Part shown: one piece after another, positions 1 through 9,797 of the stretch | Layout of the letters: the number at the start of each line of letters is the position of its first letter | Numbering within the stretch: position 1 is the first letter of the stretch | From: Candidatus Eiseniibacteriota bacterium | Lineage (GTDB): Bacteria; Eisenbacteria; RBG-16-71-46; CAZAMP01 | Direction of reading: 5' to 3' | DNA: 64,000 nucleotides | NCBI GenBank assembly: GCA_965224245.1 | Contig: OZ245046.1 | Span: 4,064,001-4,128,000 of the forward strand | Notes under the pieces: generated by a model | Told to the model about the DNA's origin: nothing | Seen by the model: the letters and a program-made list of their open reading frames with translations, nothing else | The model's database searches: none | Position numbers and translations under genes: made by a program

Positions 1-1
1 G

Positions 2-226
2 CTTGCCGATCTCTACGCGCTGAGCCGCCAGCACGTCGATCCCGATTACGCGCATCCCGAGAGCTCGCTCCGGGCGATGCGCCCGTGGCGCGGACGCGTG
101 CGCCGGAGCCTGGGCGCGCTGGCCGGACGCGGGCTGGCCCGGGAGATCGAAGGCCGATGGGCCATCACTCCCCGCGGCCGCGAGGCGGCCGCCGAGATCA
201 TCCGGGAAGGGCGGGTCGTGACGTGA
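2..226 (+). CDS. C-terminal part of a probable Mn/Zn/Fe ABC transporter permease with winged-helix tail (partial at window edge)
   Basis: Frame 2 reads LADLYALSRQH...RRSLGALAGRGLAREIEGRWAITPRGREAAAEII*, a wHTH-like ending (W-x-x-T-x-x-G). Its TGA overlaps the GTG of the next permease. Confidence 0.6.
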   Translation, partial: LADLYALSRQHVDPDYAHPESSLRAMRPWRGRVRRSLGALAGRGLAREIEGRWAITPRGREAAAEIIREGRVVT

Positions 227-1335
227 GCGGACCCCAGATCGAGATCCAGCTCATCGCGATGGTCACCTCGGTCGCATGTGCGATCCCGGGGGTGTTCCTC
301 GTCCTCCGGCGGATGGCGCTCCTGTCCGACGCCATCAGCCACGCGATTCTGCTCGGCATCGTCATCGCGTTCTTCGTCACGCACGACCTGAACTCGCCGA
401 TCCTGCTGCTCGGGGCCGCCGCCACCGGCGTCCTGACCGCGACGCTGGTCGAGATGCTGCAGCGGACGCGTCTGTTGAAGGAGGACGCGGCGATCGGTCT
501 GGTGTTTCCGGTGCTGTTCAGCATCGGCGTGCTGCTGATCTCGCGGTACGCGGGCCAGGTGCACCTGGACCTCGACATGGTGCTCCTGGGTGAGGTCGCG
601 TTCGCGCCGTTCGATCGCGCGTCCTGGCTCGGCGTGGATCTGGGTCCGAGCACGCTGGTCACGATGACGGTGATCCTCCTCGGCAACCTCGCGCTGGTCC
701 TGGGCTTCTACAAGGAGCTGAAGCTCGCCACGTTCGACGCCGGACTGTCGGCGGCGCTCGGGTTCTCCCCCGCGCTCGTGCACTACGGTCTGATGTCGTC
801 GGTGTCGATCACCGCCGTGGGGGCATTCGACGCGGTGGGCGCGATCCTCGTGGTCGCGCTGATGATCGCACCCGCCTCGGCGGCGTACCTCCTGACCGAC
901 GACCTGGCGTGGATGCTGGTGATCGCGTCCGGCATCGGCGTCGTCAGCGCCATCTCGGGCTACTGGGTGGCACACGGTCTGGATGCCTCGATTGCCGGCT
1001 CGATGGCATCGATGGCCGGTGTACTCTTCCTCGTCGTGTACGTGGCCGCACCGCATCGTGGGCTGGTGGCGGTGGTCCGGCGCCGGCGCGGACAGCGAGC
1101 ATCGTTTTCGCGGACGATGCTGGCCATTCACCTGTTCCAACACGAGGGCGCCGCGGACGAGGCGATCGAGTGTCGACTCGATCACCTGACCGATCACCTT
1201 CGCTGGTCACCGCACGACGCGCGGCGGATCGTGCGCGAGGCCGAGGACCGGCGGCTGGTGACGGTCGCGCCCCACGGTGGGCTTCGCCTGACCGACCGGG
1301 GCCGCGAGCTGGCCCGAGAGGTGGTGGTGCGATGA
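223..1335 (+). CDS. Metal (Mn/Zn/Fe) ABC transporter permease, ABC-3 family, with C-terminal DtxR-like wHTH
   Basis: Motifs GVFLVLRRMALLSDAISHAILLG, KEDAAIG, KELKLATFD and VGAILVVALMIAP. GTG start at 223 in a GTGA overlap. Confidence 0.9.
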   Translation: MSGPQIEIQLIAMVTSVACAIPGVFLVLRRMALLSDAISHAILLGIVIAFFVTHDLNSPILLLGAAATGVLTATLVEMLQRTRLLKEDAAIGLVFPVLFSIGVLLISRYAGQVHLDLDMVLLGEVAFAPFDRASWLGVDLGPSTLVTMTVILLGNLALVLGFYKELKLATFDAGLSAALGFSPALVHYGLMSSVSITAVGAFDAVGAILVVALMIAPASAAYLLTDDLAWMLVIASGIGVVSAISGYWVAHGLDASIAGSMASMAGVLFLVVYVAAPHRGLVAVVRRRRGQRASFSRTMLAIHLFQHEGAADEAIECRLDHLTDHLRWSPHDARRIVREAEDRRLVTVAPHGGLRLTDRGRELAREVVVR

Positions 1336-2066
1336 GCGATCGTGACACACGGTCCCGCCGGGATGCCGGCGCCCTCGGACGCGCGCGGGAGACCATCCCT
1401 TCCGAGTCGGTCGACGACTACCTCAAGGCCATCCACGAGCTCGAGGAGACCAGCACGCGCGCGACCACGAGCATCCTCGCCAAGCGCCTCGGCGTGACCC
1501 CGGCCTCGGTCACCGGCATGCTCCGGAAGCTCGCCGAGGCCGAGCCGAGCCTCGTCGACTACCGCAAGCACCACGGGGCCCGGCTCACCGAGCACGGGCG
1601 CCGGCGCGCCCTCGAGGTGCTGCGCCATCACCGTCTGATCGAGACGTTCCTGCACGACACGCTCGGCTACTCCTGGGACGAGGTGCACGCCGAGGCCGAG
1701 CGGCTCGAGCACGCGATCTCCGAGACGTTCGAGGAGCGCATCGCCAAGCAGATGGGCGATCCCGAGGTGGATCCGCACGGACACTCGATCCCCCGCAAGG
1801 ACGGCACGCTCCCCGATCGCGCCGCCGAGACCCGGCTCGCCGAGCTTCCGTCGGGGGGCAGCGGCGTGGTGAGCTGCGTGAACGACGAGGACCCGGCGCT
1901 GCTCCGGTACCTGGCCGATCTCGGCCTCCGGCTGGGCGTGCGGGTGACCATCGTCTCGCGGGCGCCCTTCGACGGTCCGATCATCGTGCGGGTCGACGAG
2001 GCGACCGATGCCCGGCCGGTCAGCCGTCGGGTGGCGGCGCAGGTGCTCGTTTCGCACGTCGTCTAG
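1332..2066 (+). CDS. mntR: DtxR/MntR family metal-dependent repressor with FeoA domain
   Basis: SESVDDYLKAI, VTPASVTGMLRKL, RHHRLIETFL, EAERLEH, DPHGHSIP and a FeoA-like C-terminus. ATGA overlap with the permease. Confidence 0.92.
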   Translation: MSDRDTRSRRDAGALGRARETIPSESVDDYLKAIHELEETSTRATTSILAKRLGVTPASVTGMLRKLAEAEPSLVDYRKHHGARLTEHGRRRALEVLRHHRLIETFLHDTLGYSWDEVHAEAERLEHAISETFEERIAKQMGDPEVDPHGHSIPRKDGTLPDRAAETRLAELPSGGSGVVSCVNDEDPALLRYLADLGLRLGVRVTIVSRAPFDGPIIVRVDEATDARPVSRRVAAQVLVSHVV

Positions 2067-2256
2067 TGCTCTCGTGTCCCTTGCGTACGTGCTTCTTGCC
2101 CTCTGCGCGCTCGGGGGAGACCCCTGCCCACCCCAAGGGCAAGCCCCCCTACGCAAACGATGGGAGAGCCCCGGCGACCGCTCGTGAAACCGATCCGCGA
2201 CTCCGATAGTATGCAGGTCGCCCTCACCACTGGATCCGCCCGGGATCGGAGGAGCC

Positions 2257-3426
2257 ATGCCGCCGAGCTCACAGGTCAAGATCGCGTTCGTCATCGGTGC
2301 GCTGGGCGTGGGCGGAGCCGAGCGTCAGCTCCTGAAGAAGATCGTCCTGTTGAAGGAGCTCGGCCTCGACGTGTTCCTGGTCACGCTGGCCGAGGGCGGC
2401 AGGCTGACCGACGACTACCGCCGCGCGGGATGCCGGCTCTACGAGCTGCCGCGCGAGCACTCGTTCGAGCTCCGGCGCGTGCGGCGCCTGGCGGAGATCC
2501 TGCGCGCCGAGAAGCCGGACGTCGTGCACGGCGAGCAGTACAACCCCGGCGCCTACGCGCGGCTGGCGGGCTGGATGACCGGGGTGCCGGTGAAGGTGCA
2601 CGCCATCCGATCGGCCTATCCGCGCATCCGCAAGCGCTACCGGATCGCCGAGTTCTTCCTCCGGCGCATCACCGACGCCTACATGGTGAACGCGTCGGCG
2701 ATCAAGGAGCGGACGATCGCCATTCACGGCATCGCGCCCGAGAGGATCCACGTGATCCTGAACGTCTACGACGCCGATGCCTCGAACACCCCGGCGCGGA
2801 CGCCGGGCGAGGTCCGCCGCGAGCTGAGCCTCCCCGACGACGCACCCGTCATCGGAATCGTGGCCTCGCTCGAGCCCGAGAAGAACCACGCGCTCTTCGT
2901 GGAGTTCGCCGCGCGCCTGCATCGCGACCGCCCCGACGTCCGCTTCCTCGTGATCGGCGACGGCCCGCGCCGCGCCGCGACCGATGCCCGCGTGCATGAG
3001 CTCGGCCTGGGCGACGTGATCCACTTCCTGGGCACCCGGCGCGACGTCCCCGACCTCCTGCAGGTCCTGGACGTGTCGGTGAACTGCTCGGTCCGCGAGG
3101 GGCTCTGCAACGCGATCATCGAGTCGATCGCGGCCGGGGTTCCGGTCCTGGCCAGCCGTGTCGGCGGCACGCCCGAGATCGTCACCGAGGGCGTCCAGGG
3201 CGAGCTCTTCACTTCGAACGACGTCGACGGCATGCTCGCGAGCTTCGCAACGCTCGCCGGCGATCTCGACGGATACCGGGCCCGCTCGGCCGGGGCACGC
3301 GCCGCGTTTCTCTCGAACCTCGAGGGCAAACGCATCGCCCGGCAGATGCGTGACATCTACCTCGACTGCCTCGAGCGCCGCGGACGCCTTCCGGCGAACG
3401 CGCGGCTCGAGGCGGCCGGTCACTAG
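2257..3426 (+). CDS. Glycosyltransferase family 4
   Basis: GGAERQL N-terminus, EKNH, IGDGP, EGLCNAIIES, VGGTPE. GGAG RBS upstream. Confidence 0.9.
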   Translation: MPPSSQVKIAFVIGALGVGGAERQLLKKIVLLKELGLDVFLVTLAEGGRLTDDYRRAGCRLYELPREHSFELRRVRRLAEILRAEKPDVVHGEQYNPGAYARLAGWMTGVPVKVHAIRSAYPRIRKRYRIAEFFLRRITDAYMVNASAIKERTIAIHGIAPERIHVILNVYDADASNTPARTPGEVRRELSLPDDAPVIGIVASLEPEKNHALFVEFAARLHRDRPDVRFLVIGDGPRRAATDARVHELGLGDVIHFLGTRRDVPDLLQVLDVSVNCSVREGLCNAIIESIAAGVPVLASRVGGTPEIVTEGVQGELFTSNDVDGMLASFATLAGDLDGYRARSAGARAAFLSNLEGKRIARQMRDIYLDCLERRGRLPANARLEAAGH

Positions 3427-3443
3427 GCCATCGAGGACGACCG

Positions 3444-4586
3444 GTGAGAATCCTCCTCTTCGCGCCCGCGGTCTCGATCCACATGCGCTACTGGGCCGAG
3501 GCATTCACGGCGCGCGGGCACACGCTCACGTTCCTGACCGCGCATCCACCCGAGGACGAGGCGGGCTTCCCCGCGCCGCTCGAGGTCGTCCGGGCCCCGA
3601 CCGGCATGGCCAAGTCGGGGTATCTCCGGACCGTGCCGCGGGTCCGCCAGGTGGTCCGCGCGTTCCGGCCCGACGTGACGATCGCGTACTACGCCACGTC
3701 GTACGGCTTCCTGGCCGCGCTGGCCGGCGTGCACCCGCTGGTCGTGGCCACCGCGGGCAGCGACGTCCTGACGCCGATGTTCAAGCCGGCGCCGATCGGA
3801 TGGCTCCAGCGCCTCGCGGCGCGGCGCGCGCTCACGCATGCCGACACGGTGCTGGCCTGGTCGCGACACCTGGCCACCGCGGCCTTCGGGCACGGCGCGT
3901 CGCCCGATCGCACGGTCGTGCAGTGTCGCGGGATCGACCTGTCGCGGTTCGCGTATCGCGAGGATGGGCCGGCGCCCGGGACCGGCGACCGGCCGCTGCG
4001 CATCGTCTCCACGCGCGGGCTCAAGCCGGTGTATCGCCTCGATCGCCTGATCGAGGCCGGCGCCGCGCTCGTCCAGCGCGGACACGACGTGGATCTGGCC
4101 GTCTTCGGCGACGGACGCTCGCGCGCGGCGCTCACGGATCTCGCGGAGCGAGTCGGTCTCGACCCCGCGCGCGTGCTGCGCGGCCGTGCCGAGCCCGACG
4201 TGATCGCCCGCGCACTGCGGGAGGCCGATCTGTACGTGAGCTTGTCCGAGAGCGACGGGCTCAGCCACTCGCTTCTGGAGGCGATGGCGTGCGGGGCGTA
4301 TCCGATCGTGTCGGATCATCCGTCGTACGCGGAGTGGCTCGTCGACGGGGAGACCGGACGTCTTCTCGACTCGTGCGCGCCGCTGGCCGACGCGATGATC
4401 GAGGTCATGGCCGACGCGGCGCATCGCGAACGCGCGGCCCGGGCCAACCGCGCGCGCGTGGAGCGGGACGGGGACATCCTCGCGAGTATCGGGCGCCTCG
4501 AGGCGATCCTGGCCCGGACGGCCGGGCTCGTGCCGAATACCCGGGTAAGCAGCGCCGGAGACCCCTCCACCGGGACGGGGACGTGA
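3444..4586 (+). CDS. Glycosyltransferase family 4
   Basis: GSDV, STRGLKPVY, DGLSHSLLEAMACG. Confidence 0.88.
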   Translation: MRILLFAPAVSIHMRYWAEAFTARGHTLTFLTAHPPEDEAGFPAPLEVVRAPTGMAKSGYLRTVPRVRQVVRAFRPDVTIAYYATSYGFLAALAGVHPLVVATAGSDVLTPMFKPAPIGWLQRLAARRALTHADTVLAWSRHLATAAFGHGASPDRTVVQCRGIDLSRFAYREDGPAPGTGDRPLRIVSTRGLKPVYRLDRLIEAGAALVQRGHDVDLAVFGDGRSRAALTDLAERVGLDPARVLRGRAEPDVIARALREADLYVSLSESDGLSHSLLEAMACGAYPIVSDHPSYAEWLVDGETGRLLDSCAPLADAMIEVMADAAHRERAARANRARVERDGDILASIGRLEAILARTAGLVPNTRVSSAGDPSTGTGT

Positions 4587-5689
4587 CCACGCCGACCGAC
4601 CGGACCCGGATCGTGTACTTCGCCGGCGGCCACCACGTCGGCGGCATGGAGAGCCACCTCCTCCACCTGATCGCCGGCCTCGATCGCGATCGCTTCGACC
4701 CGATCGTGTGCACGCTGGCCATGGGGCCCGCGTTCGCCGAGCGCCTCGCGACCCTCGACCTCTGCACGGTGGACGTGGGGACACCCCGGCTGACCCGCCC
4801 GGCGGCGATCCTGCGCCTCCGGCGCTTCCTCACCCTCCTTCGTCGCGAACGGCCGCGCCTCCTCCACACGTACGGGTACACGTGCGACGTCGTGGGTCCG
4901 GCGCTGGCCCGCCTCGTCCCCGGCGTCCGGACGATCACGACGCGGCGGGGCGAGGACACGTCGCCTCGCCATCAGGCGATGCGCTCTCGCGTCAACCGCG
5001 TGACCGCGCGCATCGTGTGCGTCTCGGAGGAGACGCGCGCGTTCACCGAGCGCGCCGAGTCGCTCCACGGCACGCCGGTCGACGTGATCCCGAACGGCGT
5101 CGTCATCCCGCCGCCGACCACGCGTGAGCCGTCCCCGCGCCTTCGCATCGGGACGCTGGGTACCGTGAAGCCGATCAAGGGCACCGACCTCCTCGTGGAC
5201 GCGTTTCTGGGGCTGGACGCGTCGCGCGAGTGCGAGCTCGTCATCGGCGGCCGCACCGATCGCTCGGCCGCGTGGGCGCGCGATCTCGTCGCGCGTGTCG
5301 AGGCATCGCCGTGGCGCGAGCGCGTACGCTTCGCGGGGTACCAGGACGATCCCGCGGCGTTCTATCCGGCGATCGACGTGTTCGTCCTGCCGTCACGCTC
5401 GGAGGGCATGTCGAACTCGCTCCTGGAGGCGATGGCCTTCGGTCTCCCGGTGATCGCGACCGACGTGGGCTCGAACGCCTCGGTACTCCGCGGGGACGGC
5501 GGCGCGGGTGGCCTCGTCGTGCGTCCGGAGGTACACGAGATCCGGCGGGCGCTCGAGCGCATGCTCGACGAGCCGGAGGCGCGCGCGAGGTGGGCGTCCA
5601 ACGCACGCCGGACGGCCGAGACGCGGCATTCGCTGGCCGCGATGGTCTCGGCACACGAGGCGCTGTACGAGCGCGTTCTCGCGAGCTGA
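4583..5689 (+). CDS. Glycosyltransferase family 4
   Basis: GTG start overlaps the previous TGA. GGMESHL, KPIKGTD, EGMSNSLLEAMAFGLPVIATDVG. Confidence 0.9.
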   Translation: MTTPTDRTRIVYFAGGHHVGGMESHLLHLIAGLDRDRFDPIVCTLAMGPAFAERLATLDLCTVDVGTPRLTRPAAILRLRRFLTLLRRERPRLLHTYGYTCDVVGPALARLVPGVRTITTRRGEDTSPRHQAMRSRVNRVTARIVCVSEETRAFTERAESLHGTPVDVIPNGVVIPPPTTREPSPRLRIGTLGTVKPIKGTDLLVDAFLGLDASRECELVIGGRTDRSAAWARDLVARVEASPWRERVRFAGYQDDPAAFYPAIDVFVLPSRSEGMSNSLLEAMAFGLPVIATDVGSNASVLRGDGGAGGLVVRPEVHEIRRALERMLDEPEARARWASNARRTAETRHSLAAMVSAHEALYERVLAS

Positions 5690-5784
5690 CGGGACCTCGA
5701 TCGACCGTTCGTCCCCAGCGCGAAGCCGAGGTGCCGTCTCGATCCCGTATACTTGCGACCTGCCCTGGATTCGAGGAGGTGGTC

Positions 5785-8096
5785 GTGCACCGGTCCGGTC
5801 CGATCGTCCTGGGCGCGATGCTGGCGGTGGCCGCTGGTGCGCGCGCGGAGTGGTCGGACGCGTTCCGCGCGCCCGGGATCACCTCGACCGTCCTGTCCGT
5901 GTATCGATACGGGGGCGACCTCCTCGCCGGCGGCCCACACGACGACCTCGACGAGTCCATCCTCCGCTTCGACGGCGACGAGTGGCATCCGATGGGATCG
6001 GGGCTTCAGTGGTTCGGCGACCTCTTCTCCGACCCCGGCGTCTACACGATGACGACGTTCCAGGGAGAGCTGGTCGTCGGGGGACTGTTCCAGTACTCCG
6101 GCCTGCGCGCGGTCGAGGGCATGGCCCGCTGGGATGGCTCGGACTGGCAGCCGCTGCCCTACGGTCCGGGGTTCGTACGCGGTCTGGTCGAGTTCGAGGG
6201 AGAGCTCGTGATGGCCGGCGGATTCGCCTCGCTCGGTGGCGTCGAGTACCCGGCGGTGGTCACGTGGAACGGGACCGACTACACCCCGCTCGGGGACTGG
6301 GATAGCGGAGCGTGGACCGAGGCACTGGCGGTCTACCACGACGAGCTCTACGTGATCGGCATCCTCTGCACGGACCCGGCGTGCGCACCCGAGGGAATCG
6401 TCAGCCGCTGGACGGGATCGGGCTGGGAGGAGATCGGGACCGGATTCTACTCGTGGGCCACCGAGGCGATCGTGTTCGACGACCGGCTGATCGTCGCGGG
6501 GTACTTCGACGACATCAACGGTGTGCCCGCGGGCAACATCGCCGCGTGGGACGGAGAGACGTGGGACACGCTCGTGGGCGGAGTCAGCCGCGGCGGCGAA
6601 ATCGCCCAGGTCCAAGCGCTCGGGAGCTTCGGCGGCGAGCTTCTGGTCTCCGGCGTGTTTTCGCAGGCGGGTTCGACCCCGGCCACGAACGTCGCGCGCT
6701 GGACCGGCACCGAGTGGCTGGCGGTCGAGGGTGACATGAGCGGCTACGGCTTCGCCCTCTTCACCGAGCCCGACGCCATTCACATCGGAGGATTCTTCTC
6801 CGAGATCGGTGGCACAGGCGCGTGGAACGTGGCCTCGTTCGACGGCTCCGCGTGGTCGCCGTGGCGAGGCGGCAATGGCGTCGCCGGCACCGTCGGGGCG
6901 ATGACCGTCTGGGACGGTGACCTCGTGGCGGCCGGCGCGTTCGATCCCGCCGGCACGAGCGGCGCGAGGTACGTGGCCCGCTACGACGGCACCGGCTGGC
7001 TCCCCGTGGGCAGCGCCCCTCCTCGCGACGTCCGCGACCTCGAGGTCTTCGACGGCGACCTCATCGCCGCCTACGGCCAGTCGGCGGCCGACTCACCGCA
7101 CGTGCTCAGGTTCGACGGATCTGACTGGGTGTCGCTGGGTGATGGTGCCGGCTTCGTGGGTGGCGCCGGTCTCGCGCTGGAAACGTTCGACGGCGAACTG
7201 TACCTCGGCGGCGAGTTCCTGGCGTACGACGAGACCTCTCTCAGATACCTGGCGCGCTGGAACGGAACGACGTGGTCCTCGGTCGGGGAGCCGTCAGCGC
7301 GCGTCCGGGATCTCGTTCGCTGGAACGGCCTCCTCGTCGCCGGGGGAGACTTCACGTCTGTCGGCGGCCTCGCCGCCGGCCAGGTCGCGACCTGGAACGG
7401 AGACACGTGGTCCACGCTCGGCTTCGGCCCCGGTGGCCACGTCGTCGCGTTGACCGTGCACGACGGCGAGCTCGTGGCCGCGGGCGAGTTCGGTGCGCAC
7501 CGGGTCTCGCGCTGGAACGGACTCACCTGGAACGCCGTTCCCGGGACCTTCGATCGCGAGCTCGCGGCCATCCGCGCGATCGGCGACGAGCTCTTCGTCG
7601 GCGGGCGGTTCGCCGAGGTGGACGGCCAGCCGATCGCCGGGGTGGCACGCTGGAACGGATCGAGCTGGGAGTCCGTGGGAGGCAGCCTGACCGGTGGCGT
7701 CGGTCGCGCCTACGATCTCGAGTCGGCACACGGCGGCCTGTACGTGGGCGGATCGTTCACGTCGGTCGGAGGCGTGGAGGCGAACGACATCGCCCGGTGG
7801 GACGAGGCATTCGTGGCGGTCGACACCGACCCGCCGGCGGGGCCCGCGCTCATCCTCCCGAACCCGATCGGCGCGTCCGACCCGATTCGGGTCGGGGGTA
7901 CCGGCGAGCGCCCGGCCCTCGTCTCAGCATACGACGTGCGCGGACGGCGCCTGGGATCGGCACGCGTGTCGAGCGACGAGACGACGCTGGCCCGGATCGT
8001 CGGCTCGTCTCCGCCGCTTCCGGGGGCCGGCATCGTGTTCATCCGCGTCGAGACGCAATCGGGGGTTCGACAGCCCGGAGCTGGTACCGCCCGTGA
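5785..8096 (+). CDS. Secreted beta-propeller repeat protein with FlgD/T9SS-like C-terminal domain (3' end apparently frameshifted)
   Basis: GAGGAGG RBS then GTG. Signal peptide ends ARA-EW. Many W-x-G-x-x-W...GG-x-F repeats, then PNP...YDVRGRRL...GIVFIRV. The open frame continues to 8658 into the convergent NRDE gene; the likely true end is near the TGA at 8094-8096. Confidence 0.75.
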
Positions 8097-8253
8097 CCAC
8101 GGGGCCGACCGAAGCCGCGATTGCTCCGCGAGCAAGTGCCGCAACGCCAAAATCGACATGTACCTGGGAACAGGTTCGAGACGAACGCGGCCGACATCCT
8201 TGGCCGCCACGCCGACCGACCCCGGCACGCCCTGGCGCTCCCCTGATGTCGCA

Positions 8254-8997
8254 TCACTCGATCGCCTCGACGAGCGGTGTCGCATCCGGCGGACCATCGG
8301 CGAACCACACCCGGGTATCGCCGGCGGCCCCGAACGCGACCACCAGCGAGGAGCGGGTGCCGAACACCATCTCCGGCCAGTGGACGCAGAGCGCCGCGGC
8401 GGGGGTCTCCTCCGGCGGCGCGGGACGGGAGAGAAGCGACTGCAGCGCATCGATCATCCCGGCCGGATCCGATTCCCCCGTCCACCGGGCCGCGACGTCG
8501 TCGATGGCAGCGCGGTGAGATCTCTGGCGCGGCGAGCGGTCGGTGTTGAGGCCGCTGGCCGTCCACACCGCGGTGCGGTCGGAGATCGGCTCCACGAGCG
8601 TCGGCTCGTCGCCGCCCAGCGCGTGCGCGACGCCGCGACCCGACGCGATCACCGATAGAAACGGACGGTAGGTCCCCGCCGCGATGCGCGAGGCGTCGGC
8701 CTCGGCCGCCCCGGCGTCGCCCGCCTCGAGAAGGTCGAGTGCCAGAAGCCCACGCGACCGCTTCCCCGGAGCCGGTCCCAGCGATCGCTCCCGGTTCAGA
8801 AGCAGCACCGCGAATCCGCGATCGTGCACGCCGGCCCAGGTGCCGCCGCCGGAGACGTCGAGGCCGCCCCGCCAGGGCTTGCCGGGCCAGTGGCGACCGA
8901 GCGCTCGGGCCTCTCGGTCGAGCCGCTCGTCGCGGTTGGCGGCGAGGAGGACCGGCCAGGCCGCGCCGGGACGCTGGAGGGCGATGAGGGTGCACAT
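8254..8997 (-). CDS. NRDE/TANGO2 family protein
   Basis: MCTL start, AANRDE, GGTWAG, SRGLL, FGTRSS. Confidence 0.9.
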   Translation of the reverse strand: MCTLIALQRPGAAWPVLLAANRDERLDREARALGRHWPGKPWRGGLDVSGGGTWAGVHDRGFAVLLLNRERSLGPAPGKRSRGLLALDLLEAGDAGAAEADASRIAAGTYRPFLSVIASGRGVAHALGGDEPTLVEPISDRTAVWTASGLNTDRSPRQRSHRAAIDDVAARWTGESDPAGMIDALQSLLSRPAPPEETPAAALCVHWPEMVFGTRSSLVVAFGAAGDTRVWFADGPPDATPLVEAIE

Positions 8998-9080
8998 GGC
9001 CGGAAAGGGTATCCGGTGGGCGCGGATGTGTCATCCACGCCCCGTCGAGTGGTGGCTGCTGTGGCCGCGCCGGCCGTGTC

Positions 9081-9677
9081 CTAGTCGATCCTCGCGTCGG
9101 CGGCCAGCGCCCCCTCCGCGCGTCGCCGTGGATCGGCGTCCGCGAACAGGCGCTGCATCGCCGACTGCTCCAGCGGCAGGCGATGGAGCAAGAGATCCGC
9201 GAGCTGGCCGAGGCTCAGATCGTCCGGTAGCTCGAGGTTCTGATCGATGCGACGCTGGATCGCCTCGACGAGGCGTGTCTCGAGCTCGGTCGTGTCGCCC
9301 GAGAGCCGCTCACCGCCGGGGGGCTCGGCCTCCTCGATCACGTCGACGGCGGCCATCCGGTAGAGCCGATCGGATGACACCTCACGGATGCGCACACGCG
9401 CGATGCCGGCGAGCACGATCACGTAGCGCCCGTCGTCCAGCTCCCGGTGCTGGACGATCTCGCCCAGACCGCCGACCTCGAACACCGGGGGCGAGCCCAG
9501 CGACTCGGATTCGTATCCCTCGGCAATCGCGGCCATCACGATGCGGCCCTGACCGTCGAGGATGTCGGTCACCATCTGACGGTAGCGCTCCTCGAAGATG
9601 TGGAGCGGGACCGCCGTTCCCGGGAACAGAAAGAAGTTCGGGAGCGGAAACATCGGGAACGTGGGAGAAGCGGGCAT
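9081..9677 (-). CDS. LON peptidase substrate-binding (N-terminal) domain protein
   Basis: PMFPLP..LFPG..PLHIFEERYRQM and DGRY.I.L.G..R. Confidence 0.88.
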   Translation of the reverse strand: MPASPTFPMFPLPNFFLFPGTAVPLHIFEERYRQMVTDILDGQGRIVMAAIAEGYESESLGSPPVFEVGGLGEIVQHRELDDGRYVIVLAGIARVRIREVSSDRLYRMAAVDVIEEAEPPGGERLSGDTTELETRLVEAIQRRIDQNLELPDDLSLGQLADLLLHRLPLEQSAMQRLFADADPRRRAEGALAADARID

Positions 9678-9797
9678 CGAACGATCCGGATGATGGTGAA
9701 CCGTCGCACGCCGGATCGGCGCACGGCGTCACTCTAACATGGATCGATCGCTCGGTTCGCGATGGCACGAGACGGAGGCGCGTGCGGACGGAATCGA

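Noticed and set aside
5230-5784. N-terminal extensions given by the ORF track (also at 85, 909, 3158, 26382, 28245 and the tonB/exb ORFs)
   Set aside because: They overlap upstream genes. RBS, signal peptides and stop/start overlaps support the downstream starts used here.
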